Source: Actinomycetes bacterium
GTDB lineage: Bacteria; Actinomycetota; Actinomycetes; DATJPE01
Length of the DNA stretch: 64,000 nt
Reading direction: 5' to 3'
Assembly (NCBI GenBank): GCA_035506535.1
Contig: DATJPE010000063.1
Location: 63,966-127,965 of the forward strand
Positions within the stretch are counted from its first letter, which is position 1, and the number at the start of each line of letters is the position of its first letter. Positions 18,468 to 27,500 of the stretch are shown piece by piece. The notes under the pieces are model-generated. The model worked only from the letters and a program-made list of their open reading frames with translations, did not search any database and was not told where the DNA came from. Made by a program: the position numbers and the translations under genes.

Positions 18468-18505
18468 GAGGGGCCGCTGCTTCCAGCAGCGGCCCCTCCT
18501 TCTTC
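18468..18505 (+). terminator. Intrinsic terminator hairpin GAGGGGCCGCTG-cttccag-CAGCGGCCCCTC followed by CTTCTTCG
   Basis: A perfect 12-bp GC-rich stem with a 7-nt loop and a T-rich tail lies downstream of the 18140..18418 gene. Confidence 0.6.
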
Positions 18506-18645
18506 GAGGTCTCCGACGTGTCGGCCCCGCCAACTTGTTAGGCGTTGGGGGGTCGATAGACGCTCCAACGCCTAACAGTTCGTGAGGAGCAGCGGGTCAC
18601 GGGGGCAGCGGGTCGCCCCGTCGCCCGAGTCGTGGACGGCCGACG

Positions 18646-20028
18646 TCACAAGACCTTGCCCGGGTTGAGGACGCCGAGGGGGTCCAGCGTGTGCTTGATC
18701 GCCCGCTGCACCCGAAGCGCCGTCGGCGACAGCTCGCGCTCCAGCCATTCGCGCTTGAGCACGCCCACGCCGTGCTCACCGGTGATCGTGCCCCCGAGAC
18801 TCAGCCCGAGCTCCATCACCGCGCCGAAGGCGGCGTACGCGCGTCGCTCCACGTCGGCGTCCCCGCGCTCGAAGACCACCGTGGGGTGCATGTTCCCGTC
18901 GCCCGCGTGGCCCGCGCACGTGATGAGGACGCCCTGCTCCTCCCCGATCCGGGCCAGCCCGTCGACGAGGTCGACCAGGCGAGCCCGAGGCACGCACACG
19001 TCCTCCACGAGGGTGGAGCCGAGCGCGTCGACCCCCCAGTGCACGAGCCGCCGGGCCTCGAGCAGCAGCTCGGACTCGGTCGCGTCGCTCGCGACGGCCA
19101 GGTCCAGCGCGCCGGCCTCGCGGCACACCGCGGCCATCGCCTCGAGGTCCTCCGGCGCGTGCGGCCCCCGGTCGGACTGGGCCACCAGCAGCGCGCCGGT
19201 GTCGGTCGGCAGCCCGAGGTCGCGATAGGCCTGCACGGCCCGTACCGTCTCGCGGTCGAGGAACTCGAGCAGGCTCGGCGGCTGCCCGCTCGCCATGATC
19301 GTGGCCACGGCGGCCATCGCGGCATGGGTCGACGGGAACACCGCCGCCAGGGTCAGCGCCGGCTCGGGGAGCGGGCGCAAGGTGAGCGTCGCCTCGGTGA
19401 CCACGCCGAGGGTGCCCTCAGACCCCACGAACAGGCGGGTCAGGTCGTAGCCGGCGACGCCCTTGGCGGTCGACGTACCGGTGCGCAGCACCTCGCCGTC
19501 GGCGAGGACGACCTCGAGCCCGCGTACGGCTTCGCGCGTGACGCCGTACTTCAAGCAGCGCATCCCGCCGGCTCCGGTGGCCACGTTGCCGCCGATCGTG
19601 CTCTCGCGAAACGACGAGGGGTCGGGGGGGAAGAACAGCCCGTGCTCGCCCGCCGCCTCCTGCAGCGTCGCGTTGACCACGCCCGGCTGCACCACCGCCA
19701 GCTGCTCAGCCGGGTCCAGGCGCAGGATGCGGTCCATCCGTTCGAGGCAGACGACGATGCAGCCGTCGACCGCGTTGGCCGCCCCGGCCAGGCCGGTACG
19801 GGCGCCCTGCGGCACCACCGGCGTACGGTGCGCGCTGGCCACCCGGAGCACGCCCGCGACCTCCTCGGTGCTACCTGGGTGGACGACGGCCAGCGGTACG
19901 CCCGCCGGGCAGAAGCGCGCGTGGTCGTGGCGGTAGGCCTCGGTGCTGGCCTCCTGGGTGAGCACCGAGGCCGTGACCGCTTCCAGGTCGCGGATCACCG
20001 CGTCCCGCCCGAGCACCTGCACCGACAT
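18646..20028 (-). CDS. FAD-linked oxidase, GlcD / D-lactate dehydrogenase family (FAD-binding PCMH domain)
   Basis: 461 aa from ATG 20028 (MSVQVLGRDAVIRDLEAV...). It has FAD-binding type 4 motifs and a C-terminal FAD-oxidase domain (HGVGVLKREWL). The upstream 190 codons of the 652-aa ORF are non-coding. Confidence 0.8.
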   Translation of the reverse strand: MSVQVLGRDAVIRDLEAVTASVLTQEASTEAYRHDHARFCPAGVPLAVVHPGSTEEVAGVLRVASAHRTPVVPQGARTGLAGAANAVDGCIVVCLERMDRILRLDPAEQLAVVQPGVVNATLQEAAGEHGLFFPPDPSSFRESTIGGNVATGAGGMRCLKYGVTREAVRGLEVVLADGEVLRTGTSTAKGVAGYDLTRLFVGSEGTLGVVTEATLTLRPLPEPALTLAAVFPSTHAAMAAVATIMASGQPPSLLEFLDRETVRAVQAYRDLGLPTDTGALLVAQSDRGPHAPEDLEAMAAVCREAGALDLAVASDATESELLLEARRLVHWGVDALGSTLVEDVCVPRARLVDLVDGLARIGEEQGVLITCAGHAGDGNMHPTVVFERGDADVERRAYAAFGAVMELGLSLGGTITGEHGVGVLKREWLERELSPTALRVQRAIKHTLDPLGVLNPGKVL

Positions 20029-20078
20029 GCTCCGACGGTAGCCCCACCCTCGCCGACCTTCCGCCCGCCCAACCCCCC

Positions 20079-20123
20079 GCTTTCGTTGCAATGAACGTGG
20101 GCGACGAAGGAGGGCGACGAAAG
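20079..20123. repeat. Degenerate half-copy of the double-palindrome repeat (copy B): CTTTCGTTGCAATGAACGtGG...GCGACGAAAG hairpin
   Basis: It contains the TTGCAATGAACG arm and is flanked by its own inverted repeat CTTTCGTtGC/GCGACGAAAG. It sits in the 5' leader of the GlcD-like gene. Confidence 0.5.
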
Positions 20124-20259
20124 AGGGGGACGGCGGGCGGGGGCCGGGTGGCAGGGGGCGGCTGGGCTCAAGGAGGCGGCGGGATGGGTCGACATCTCCT
20201 CCACGGGGGCGTCGTCCGAACCCGGAGGACGTACGAGACCGTGCTCGGGGGGAGCACCC

Positions 20260-21534
20260 ATGGGCCTGGCCACGGCCACCGACACCGGCCTCGGCGACGA
20301 GCTGGCCGCCGTGATCGGCCGTCGTTCGGTCACGCCCGCCTACCAGCCCATCGTCGACCTCGAGACGGGGGAGACGGTCGCCTTCGAGGCGCTGGCCCGC
20401 GGGCCCGAGGGCTCGCCCCTGGAGAACCCCGCCGCCCTGTTCGCCACGGCTCGGACCAACGGCCGCCTGGGCGAGCTCGACGCCCTGTGCCGCCAGCGCG
20501 CGATCGAGGGGATGCTCGCGGCCGACCTGCCCCGCGAGGTGGTCCTGTTCGTCAACGTCGAACCGTCCTCCCTCGGCTTCGAGGACGTCACCAGGCCGCT
20601 CCACCCGAGCGAGGACGGTACGTCCGCCGGCCGCATGCGCATCGTCATGGAGATCACCGAGCAGTCCCTCACCTCGCGGCCCGCCGAGCTGCTCGCCCTG
20701 GTCGAACGCTCCCGTGCTCGGGGCTGGGGCATCGCGTTGGACGACGTCGGGTCCGACTCACGGGCGCTGGGCCTGATCTCCCTCATCGAGCCGGACGTGT
20801 TCAAGATCGACCTGCGGCTGGTGTCCTCCCGGGCCACGACGGAGATCGCCGGCGTCGTGGCCGGCGTCGAGGCGCAGGCCGAGCGGACCGGCGCGCTGAT
20901 CCTCGCCGAGGGGATCGAGACCGAGGAGGACGTCGAGCTGGCCCGGGGGATGGGGGCGCGTCTCGGGCAGGGCTGGTACTTCGGCCGGCCGGCGGCCCTG
21001 CCGCACGACCTCTCCGGAGGCCCCTCCGCCCTCGCCCTGACCGGAGCGAGCCTGAGCTCGCGACGCAGCCCGTTCGAGATCGCCGCGGCGAGCCGGCCGG
21101 TACGTCGTGCCGGCAAGCGCCAGCTGCTCGCCATGAGCCACCACCTGGAGCACGAGGCGCTCGGACTCGGCGTCAAGGCCGCCGTGTTCGCCTCCTTCCA
21201 GCACGTCCGCAACTTCACCGCGGCGACCCGCGCGCGCTACGCCCAGCTCGGGACCGGCACCGCCTTCGTCGGGGTCTTCGCGCAGAACATGACGCCGGCC
21301 CCGCTGCGCGGTGTGTGGGGGGCGCGGCTGGGCGAGGACGACCCGCTGCGCGAGGAGTGGGACCTGGCGGTGGTCGGGCCGCACTTCGCCGCGGCGCTCG
21401 TGTCGCGCGACCTCGGCGACGAGGGCGCCGAGGAGGACCGCCGCTTCGACTACGTGATGACCTACGACCGCGACATCGTCGTCGAGGTCGCCCGCAGCCT
21501 CATGAGCCGGCTCGACCGAGCCCCCGCTCCCTGA
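20260..21534 (+). CDS. EAL-domain c-di-GMP phosphodiesterase with a C-terminal domain of unknown function
   Basis: The EAL signature (FEALAR), DDVG(S) (the DDFGTG equivalent) and EGIETEE (the EGVE equivalent) are present. There is no GGDEF domain. The C-terminal 150 aa are unassigned. Confidence 0.75.
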   Translation: MGLATATDTGLGDELAAVIGRRSVTPAYQPIVDLETGETVAFEALARGPEGSPLENPAALFATARTNGRLGELDALCRQRAIEGMLAADLPREVVLFVNVEPSSLGFEDVTRPLHPSEDGTSAGRMRIVMEITEQSLTSRPAELLALVERSRARGWGIALDDVGSDSRALGLISLIEPDVFKIDLRLVSSRATTEIAGVVAGVEAQAERTGALILAEGIETEEDVELARGMGARLGQGWYFGRPAALPHDLSGGPSALALTGASLSSRRSPFEIAAASRPVRRAGKRQLLAMSHHLEHEALGLGVKAAVFASFQHVRNFTAATRARYAQLGTGTAFVGVFAQNMTPAPLRGVWGARLGEDDPLREEWDLAVVGPHFAAALVSRDLGDEGAEEDRRFDYVMTYDRDIVVEVARSLMSRLDRAPAP

Positions 21535-21565
21535 CGCGGAGCGTGAGACCCGGGTACGCACTACC

Positions 21566-22231
21566 GTGCCCGGCATGGCCAGGTCGCGTGATGCGCTCGA
21601 CGACCCGGGGCGGGCCGAAGCCTTCAGCGACGGGGTCTTCGCCATCGCCATCACCCTGATCGTGCTCGAGATCGGCGTCCCCCATGTCGAGTCCGACCAG
21701 AGCCTGTGGTCGGCGCTGGGGAAGCAGTGGCCGTCCTACGCCGCCTACGTCGTCAGCTTCCTCGTCATCGGGATCGTGTGGGCCAACCACCACACGCTGT
21801 TCAGCTACATCGCGCGCGTCGACCGCACCCTGCTCTTCCTCAACCTGCTCATCCTGCTGACCGTCGCCCTGATCCCCTGGCCGACCAGCCTGGTGGCCGA
21901 CTACCTCGACACCGGAGGCTCCCAGGCCAAGGTCGCCGTCGCGGTCTACAGCATGGTCAACGTCGCGATGGCGGCGACGTTCTCGCTGTTCTGGTGGTAC
22001 GTCGTGCGCCGGGCACCCCACCTCCTGCACGACGACGTCGACCGTGCCGCGGCGAGTGCGTCACTGCACCGGTTCTCCCTGGGGCTGCTCGTCTATCCCC
22101 TCACCGTGCTGCTCGCCTTCGTGGTGCCGATCGCGACCATGGCCGTGCACGGCGTGATCGCCGTCTACTACGCCTTCAACCAGCTCTCGATCCCACGCTC
22201 CGGCGCGGCACCCGCCGAGGAGACCGCGTGA
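21566..22231 (+). CDS. TMEM175-family (DUF1211) potassium channel-like membrane protein
   Basis: The hallmark N-terminal motif RAEAFSDGVFAIAITLIVLE and a repeated 6-TM-like architecture are present. Confidence 0.7.
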   Translation: MPGMARSRDALDDPGRAEAFSDGVFAIAITLIVLEIGVPHVESDQSLWSALGKQWPSYAAYVVSFLVIGIVWANHHTLFSYIARVDRTLLFLNLLILLTVALIPWPTSLVADYLDTGGSQAKVAVAVYSMVNVAMAATFSLFWWYVVRRAPHLLHDDVDRAAASASLHRFSLGLLVYPLTVLLAFVVPIATMAVHGVIAVYYAFNQLSIPRSGAAPAEETA

Positions 22232-23148
22232 GCCTCGGCCAGCCCGCCTGGCCGACCGAGACCGCGCTCGTGGTGTCTGCCCCCGGACCAGGGCCCGGCC
22301 ACTGGGCGGGGGCCCCGAGCGCCGTCGTCGACGGCGACCTCACCTACCTCGCCTACCGGCTCCGCAGGCCAGTCGAGGAGGGACGCGGCCACGGCAACGT
22401 GCTGGCCCGCTCCACCGACGGCGTCACCTTCGAGACCGTGGGCGTGCTCGCCAAGGAGACCTTCGGCGCCGAGTCGCTCGAGCGTCCCGCGCTGGTGCGC
22501 GCCGAGGACGGTCGGTGGCGGCTGTACGTCTCCTGTGCGACGCCGGGCACGAAGCACTGGCGCGTCGACCTGCTCGAGGCGGACACGATCGAGGGCCTCG
22601 CCACGGCCGTGCCGCGTACGACGCTGACCGGCGACGCGACGTACGGCGTCAAGGACCCGGTGCTGCTGCGCCACCGCGGCGTCTGGCACCTCTGGGCCTC
22701 GTGCCACCCGCTGGAGGACCCCGACGCGACGGACCGGATGACCACCGAGCACGCGACCAGCGAGGACGGGATGGGGTGGACCTGGCACGGCACGGCGCTG
22801 GCCGGCCGGCCCGGGCGCTGGGACGCCCGCGGGGTGCGGATCAGCTCGGTCTGGTTCGACGGGACGACCCCGATGGCCCTCTACGACGGCCGCGCGAGCG
22901 CCGCGGAGAACTGGGAGGAGCGGACCGGCCTCGCCGTCGGAGCCGACGTCGGCCTCGGCCGCTTCGAGGCTGTCGGCGAGGCGCCGGTGGCCGAGTCGAG
23001 CTACGCCGGGAACGGCCTTCGGTACGTCAGCGTGGTCGAGGTCGGCGGCGTCCACCGGGCGTACTACGAGGTGGCCAGGCCTGACGGCGCGCACGAGCTC
23101 CGGATGGCGGTGCTGCCCCGATTCCACGTCCCGGTCGCTCCCGGCTGA
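22228..23148 (+). CDS. BNR/Asp-box repeat protein (sialidase/glycoside-hydrolase-like beta-propeller)
   Basis: The GTG at 22228 overlaps the channel's stop (GTGA). Asp-box motifs are RSTDGVTFE and TSEDGMGWTW (SxDxGxTW). It is the tail of ORF 21706..23148. Confidence 0.5.
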   Translation: MSLGQPAWPTETALVVSAPGPGPGHWAGAPSAVVDGDLTYLAYRLRRPVEEGRGHGNVLARSTDGVTFETVGVLAKETFGAESLERPALVRAEDGRWRLYVSCATPGTKHWRVDLLEADTIEGLATAVPRTTLTGDATYGVKDPVLLRHRGVWHLWASCHPLEDPDATDRMTTEHATSEDGMGWTWHGTALAGRPGRWDARGVRISSVWFDGTTPMALYDGRASAAENWEERTGLAVGADVGLGRFEAVGEAPVAESSYAGNGLRYVSVVEVGGVHRAYYEVARPDGAHELRMAVLPRFHVPVAPG

Positions 23149-23284
23149 GCCGCGCGGGGGTACGGCTCACCCACCGTGCATCGGAAACAACCGACCGTTG
23201 GCGAATTCTCGATCAACTGACTAGCGGGTCAGTCCCACGTACGGCACGATCCGAGTGCGCACCCCCGCCACCAGGAGCCAGCCC

Positions 23285-24505
23285 ATGAGCAGAAGCCGCC
23301 TCTCCCGCCGGATCTGGATCGCCTCGATCGCCGTAGCCGCGCTCGGCGCAGGCACCGTCCTCTCGGTCGCCACCAGCGCACCGGCCGCGACCGTGCCCCA
23401 GGTCACCATCGGCACCAGCGTCAACGGCATCGCCGGCGACCCGATGTACACCGGCCTCAACGAGGCCGTGGGTCTCACCGTCACCAACAACTCGACGACC
23501 AAGGCCAAGCTCGGCCTGTTCACCATCGTCATCCCGGCCGGCTATCCGACAGTCACGCCGGGCAGTGTTTCCCCCAGTACGTGGGGCGAGACGTACACGA
23601 CGAAGTGCGGCCTGGTGAAGAACTGCTCGGCGCTCATCTTCGTGGCGCCGAAGGTGCCGCTCGCCTCCGCGCTGATCCCGGTCGGCGGCTCGGTGACCGC
23701 TACCTTCTCCTTCACCGCCCCGAGCAGCGCGCAGACGCTGAGCTTCCCGGTCATCGGCATCGGCCTCGGCAACGGCGTCTTCACCGGCTCCGGCAACGTG
23801 GTCGTCCAGGCCATCGCCGCAGGCCAGGCGGAGATCCTCACGCCGGGTTCCCCGCCGAAGGTGCCGCTGAGCGTCACCGTGCCGTCCGGTACCAACCTGC
23901 CTGTGACGAATGCTGCTGCGGGCCTCCCCAACGGCGCTGTCGGCGGGACCGTCCTGACCGTGGCCCCCTGCACCGACCCTGCGTGCGCTCAGTCCGCACC
24001 CTCCCCCAGCGGCGACGACGAGATCACCCCGGCGTCGACGTCGTCGACGGAGATCACCCTCTCGGGCATCTTCACCGACCCCAAGCTCGGTGAGCTCTAC
24101 ACCGACACGGCTCCAGGCTCGGTGAGCTGGACCTGCCCGAACTCCAAGTGCCCGCACGCTGACTCGGTCGAGTCCGAGGGTGGCACCAACTACCTGTACA
24201 ACTTCGGCGCGACCGGCGACGAGGAGGAGCAGTACGAGGACTACCTCGCCTACCCCGTGTATGTGGGGATCCGCGATCCGCAGACCCAGTCCTACGTGTT
24301 TTCTCCCAACCCCGCGCCCGCATGCCGCGACAACGATGACTCGGAGCAAGCCGGGCAGACCGGCCAGATCGTCAGCACGGCAGCCGTCGCCGCCGGGTAC
24401 TGCGTCGACGTGTACGCGATGAGCCGCACGGATAACTCATTCACCGGTGACCTGACGATGACGCTGTTGTTCGTCGAGGACCCGAAGCTGCGGACCACGC
24501 CGTAG
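23285..24505 (+). CDS. Secreted hypothetical protein (signal peptide, Thr/Ser/Gly-rich, multiple Cys pairs)
   Basis: MSRSRLSRRIWIASIAVAALGAGTVLSVATSAPAA is a signal peptide. The protein contains 8 Cys, and no known catalytic motif was recognised. Confidence 0.5.
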   Translation: MSRSRLSRRIWIASIAVAALGAGTVLSVATSAPAATVPQVTIGTSVNGIAGDPMYTGLNEAVGLTVTNNSTTKAKLGLFTIVIPAGYPTVTPGSVSPSTWGETYTTKCGLVKNCSALIFVAPKVPLASALIPVGGSVTATFSFTAPSSAQTLSFPVIGIGLGNGVFTGSGNVVVQAIAAGQAEILTPGSPPKVPLSVTVPSGTNLPVTNAAAGLPNGAVGGTVLTVAPCTDPACAQSAPSPSGDDEITPASTSSTEITLSGIFTDPKLGELYTDTAPGSVSWTCPNSKCPHADSVESEGGTNYLYNFGATGDEEEQYEDYLAYPVYVGIRDPQTQSYVFSPNPAPACRDNDDSEQAGQTGQIVSTAAVAAGYCVDVYAMSRTDNSFTGDLTMTLLFVEDPKLRTTP

Positions 24506-24512
24506 TAGAAGG

Positions 24513-27500
24513 TCAGATCTCGAGCGGCCCTGGTCGCCTCGGGTACCGCCGGCTCCCGGCGAACCCGAGGCGGTCCAGGGCCTGTTCGCTCTCGGCGTCC
24601 CAACGCCGGGCCGACTCCTCGTCACCCCGCATCCGCGCCACCCGCGCCAACTCGGCGAGGATGAACCCGCACTCGACCCGGCCCTGGGCGTCCGCCGTCT
24701 CCAGCGCTCGATGCAGCGTCTCCTCGGCGATGTCGACGTCGCCGAGGTCCACCTCGGCCGCGCCCTGCAACCGGAGCAGCCACGGCAGCAGGTAACCGGC
24801 GTCCAGCGCGGTCGCACGTACGGCTGCGTCGTCGGCGAGGTCCCGCGCCTCCTGGGCCCGCCCCTCGCCGAGCAGGCCGAGGGCGATCGCGGCGTCGGTC
24901 TCCGCTACCTCGGACGGCTCGCCGAACTCGATGAACATCGCGCGCGCTCCTTCCAGTTCGGCTTGGCCCTCGTCGTGCTGCCCCTCGAGGACCAGCGCGA
25001 GCCCGAGCGCGCGGTGGGCGACAGCGATGAAGTCGCCGACACCGGCTCCCTGCAGGGTGGGGATGAGCCGGCGCAGGATGTCCTCCGCCTCGCGGGTACG
25101 GCCGAGCCGGACGAGGACGTCACCCACGTTGCACCCGGTCTGGGCCGCACCGACCGTGTCGCCGGACTCCTCGGCGAGGCGCTGGGCGCGCTCGAACATC
25201 TCCAGCGCCTCCTGGCCGCGCCCCTGGATCCACGCCAGGACGGCGAGGTTGTTGAGCGCGCGCGATTGCCCGGCGCGAAAGCCGAGGTGCTCGTAGAGCT
25301 CCAGCGCCTGCTGCCCGTACGGCCGGTCCGGCTCGCCCCCGAGCATGGACGTCACGCCGTGCAGCGCCTCCAGCGCATCCGCCAGAGCAGCGGTGTCGCC
25401 GGAGGCCTCGGCGTCGCGTTCGGCCAGACGAGCCCACTGGAGGGCGTCCCGGTAGCGGCCCTGGTTCTCCCGGACGACCGCGTACACGCCCTCGAGCCGG
25501 CTGCGCGCGGCCAGGCTCTGGGCGTCGCCGTGCCCGTCGAGCAGCCGCAGGCCCCGTGTCACGCTTCGCAGTGCAACCGGCTGGCGGCCAAGGCGGTTCT
25601 GGATCGCCGCCTCCTCCTTGAGCACGAGGGCGGCTCGGGCCGGGTAGCCCTTGAGCCGCGCGCGTGCCCCCTTCAGCGCGACGAGCGCGGCCTCGTTGCG
25701 CCCCAACCGGTTCCGCGCCTCACCGAGGGAGAGGTAGGCCGACGCCACCTGTTCGTCGGGGACGTCGCGGAGCCCGCGCACCGAGGCGACCGCGCGCTCG
25801 AGGTGCTCCTCGGCCTCGACGTAGGCGTACTTCTCCGCCGCGCGCTCCCCGGCGAGCCGCGCGTAGTACCACGCCTTGTCGTGACGGGCCGCGTGGAAGT
25901 AGTGCAGCGACAGCAGCTCGGCCACGTCGTCCGGGTCCGACGTCCGCGCCTCGATCACCTCTCCCGCCCGCCCGTGCAGCTCGCGCCGCAGGCGGAACGG
26001 CAGTCCCTCGTACGCCGTGTCGCGCAGCAGCTGGTGGTCGAAGTGGAATCGCCCGTGCCCCTCGGCCTGGATGAAGAACGACATCCGCCGCAGCGCCGCC
26101 CGGCTCGTCGGCAGCGGGTGCCCCTGGAGCAGCGCCCGCAGCGTCGCCTCGTCGAAACGCATGCCGAGCACCGAGGCGAAACGCAGCACGGTGCGCTCGT
26201 CCGGGGGCAGGCGGTCGATCTGGCTGGTGATGAGCGCCTCGACGGTGCTCGGCAGCGCGTCGAGCGAGGCGCCTTCACGGGCCGCCAGGGCGAGGCCGCG
26301 CAGGAACAGGGGGTTGCCGTTGGCTCGGGCCGCCAGCGCGGCGACGTCGTGCGGGGCTAGCGCGGTGTCGGCGAGCGCGGCCATGACCAGCGAGCTCGCG
26401 GCTGCGGCGTCGAGCGGCGCCGGTCGGACCTCGACGACCGGGTAGCGCGGCGACGGGCGGAACCCCTCCCCGACGTCGCGGCGGGTGACCACCACGAGCC
26501 AGGGCCGACCCGCCAGGCCGAGGCACAGCTGCTCGAGCAGGTCCACGGACGCCTCGTCCATGAGGTGGACGTCGTCGAAGACCAGCACGGCCTGACCGGG
26601 CTGAACCGCCGTCGCGAGGCGTACCACCACCTCCTCGGTCCGTGACCGGCGGAACCGCTCGTCGAGCGCGTCCACCTCGGGCGTGCTCGGCAGGTCCACG
26701 TCGAGCACCTGTCCCACCAGCGGCAGCCAGGGCAGCAGCGAGGGGTCGGCACGCGTAGCGCTCTCGACCAGCGCGGCGACCAGCGTCTCCTCGTCGGCCT
26801 CCTCGGAGACGTCGAGCAGCTCGCCGAGCAGCGCCCGGAACGGCCAGTACGGCGTCGCCGTCTGGAACTCGTCGCACCGCGTGGTGAGCACCCGCGCAGG
26901 GGTGTCCCGCAGCATCTCCTCGACCAGACGCGACTTGCCGATGCCCGGCTCCCCCACGAGGTCCACGAGCTGGCCGCTGCCCGCCGCTGCCTTCTCCGCC
27001 GCCTCGCGCAGGACGCCCAGCTCGGCCTCGCGACCGATGAACGGCGAGTCCTCCCTGCCCCGACGCTCGCTGAGCAGGCGCCCGAGGCTGAACGCGTGCA
27101 CCGGCTCGGACTTGCCCTTGACCAGGAACGGCGGCATCGCCTCGGCGTCGAAGCGTGCCGCCGAGGCCTCGACCACCGCGGCCGTGGCGAGGACCTGCCC
27201 GGGCTCGGCCTTGCCCATCACCCGGGCCGCCAGGTTGATGGCGTCGCCCTTGACCGAGAACGTCTTGCGGAACGACGGGCCGAAGTCACCGGCGAAGACG
27301 GGTCCGCAGTTAACGCCGATCCGGATGGGGAGCTGCCCGACCAGGTCGACGACGTGCCGGGCCGCGCGCAGCATCCGCTCCTCGTCGTTGCCGAGGCTGA
27401 CCGGGGCCCCTGCAGTGAGCATGATCTTGCCGCCGTCACGGTTGATGTCGGACTCGAAGAAGGTCACCCCGTGCCGCTCGGTGGCGTCCTGCACGTTGCG

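Noticed and set aside
18691-20094. 467-aa plus-strand ORF and nested 18776/18816 ORFs
   Set aside because: They are antisense to the GlcD-like FAD oxidase, whose motifs are unambiguous on the minus strand.
20091-21659. 522-aa plus-strand ORF overlapping the EAL gene in another frame
   Set aside because: It is Arg/Gly/Pro-rich. The EAL motifs lie in the 20260..21534 frame.
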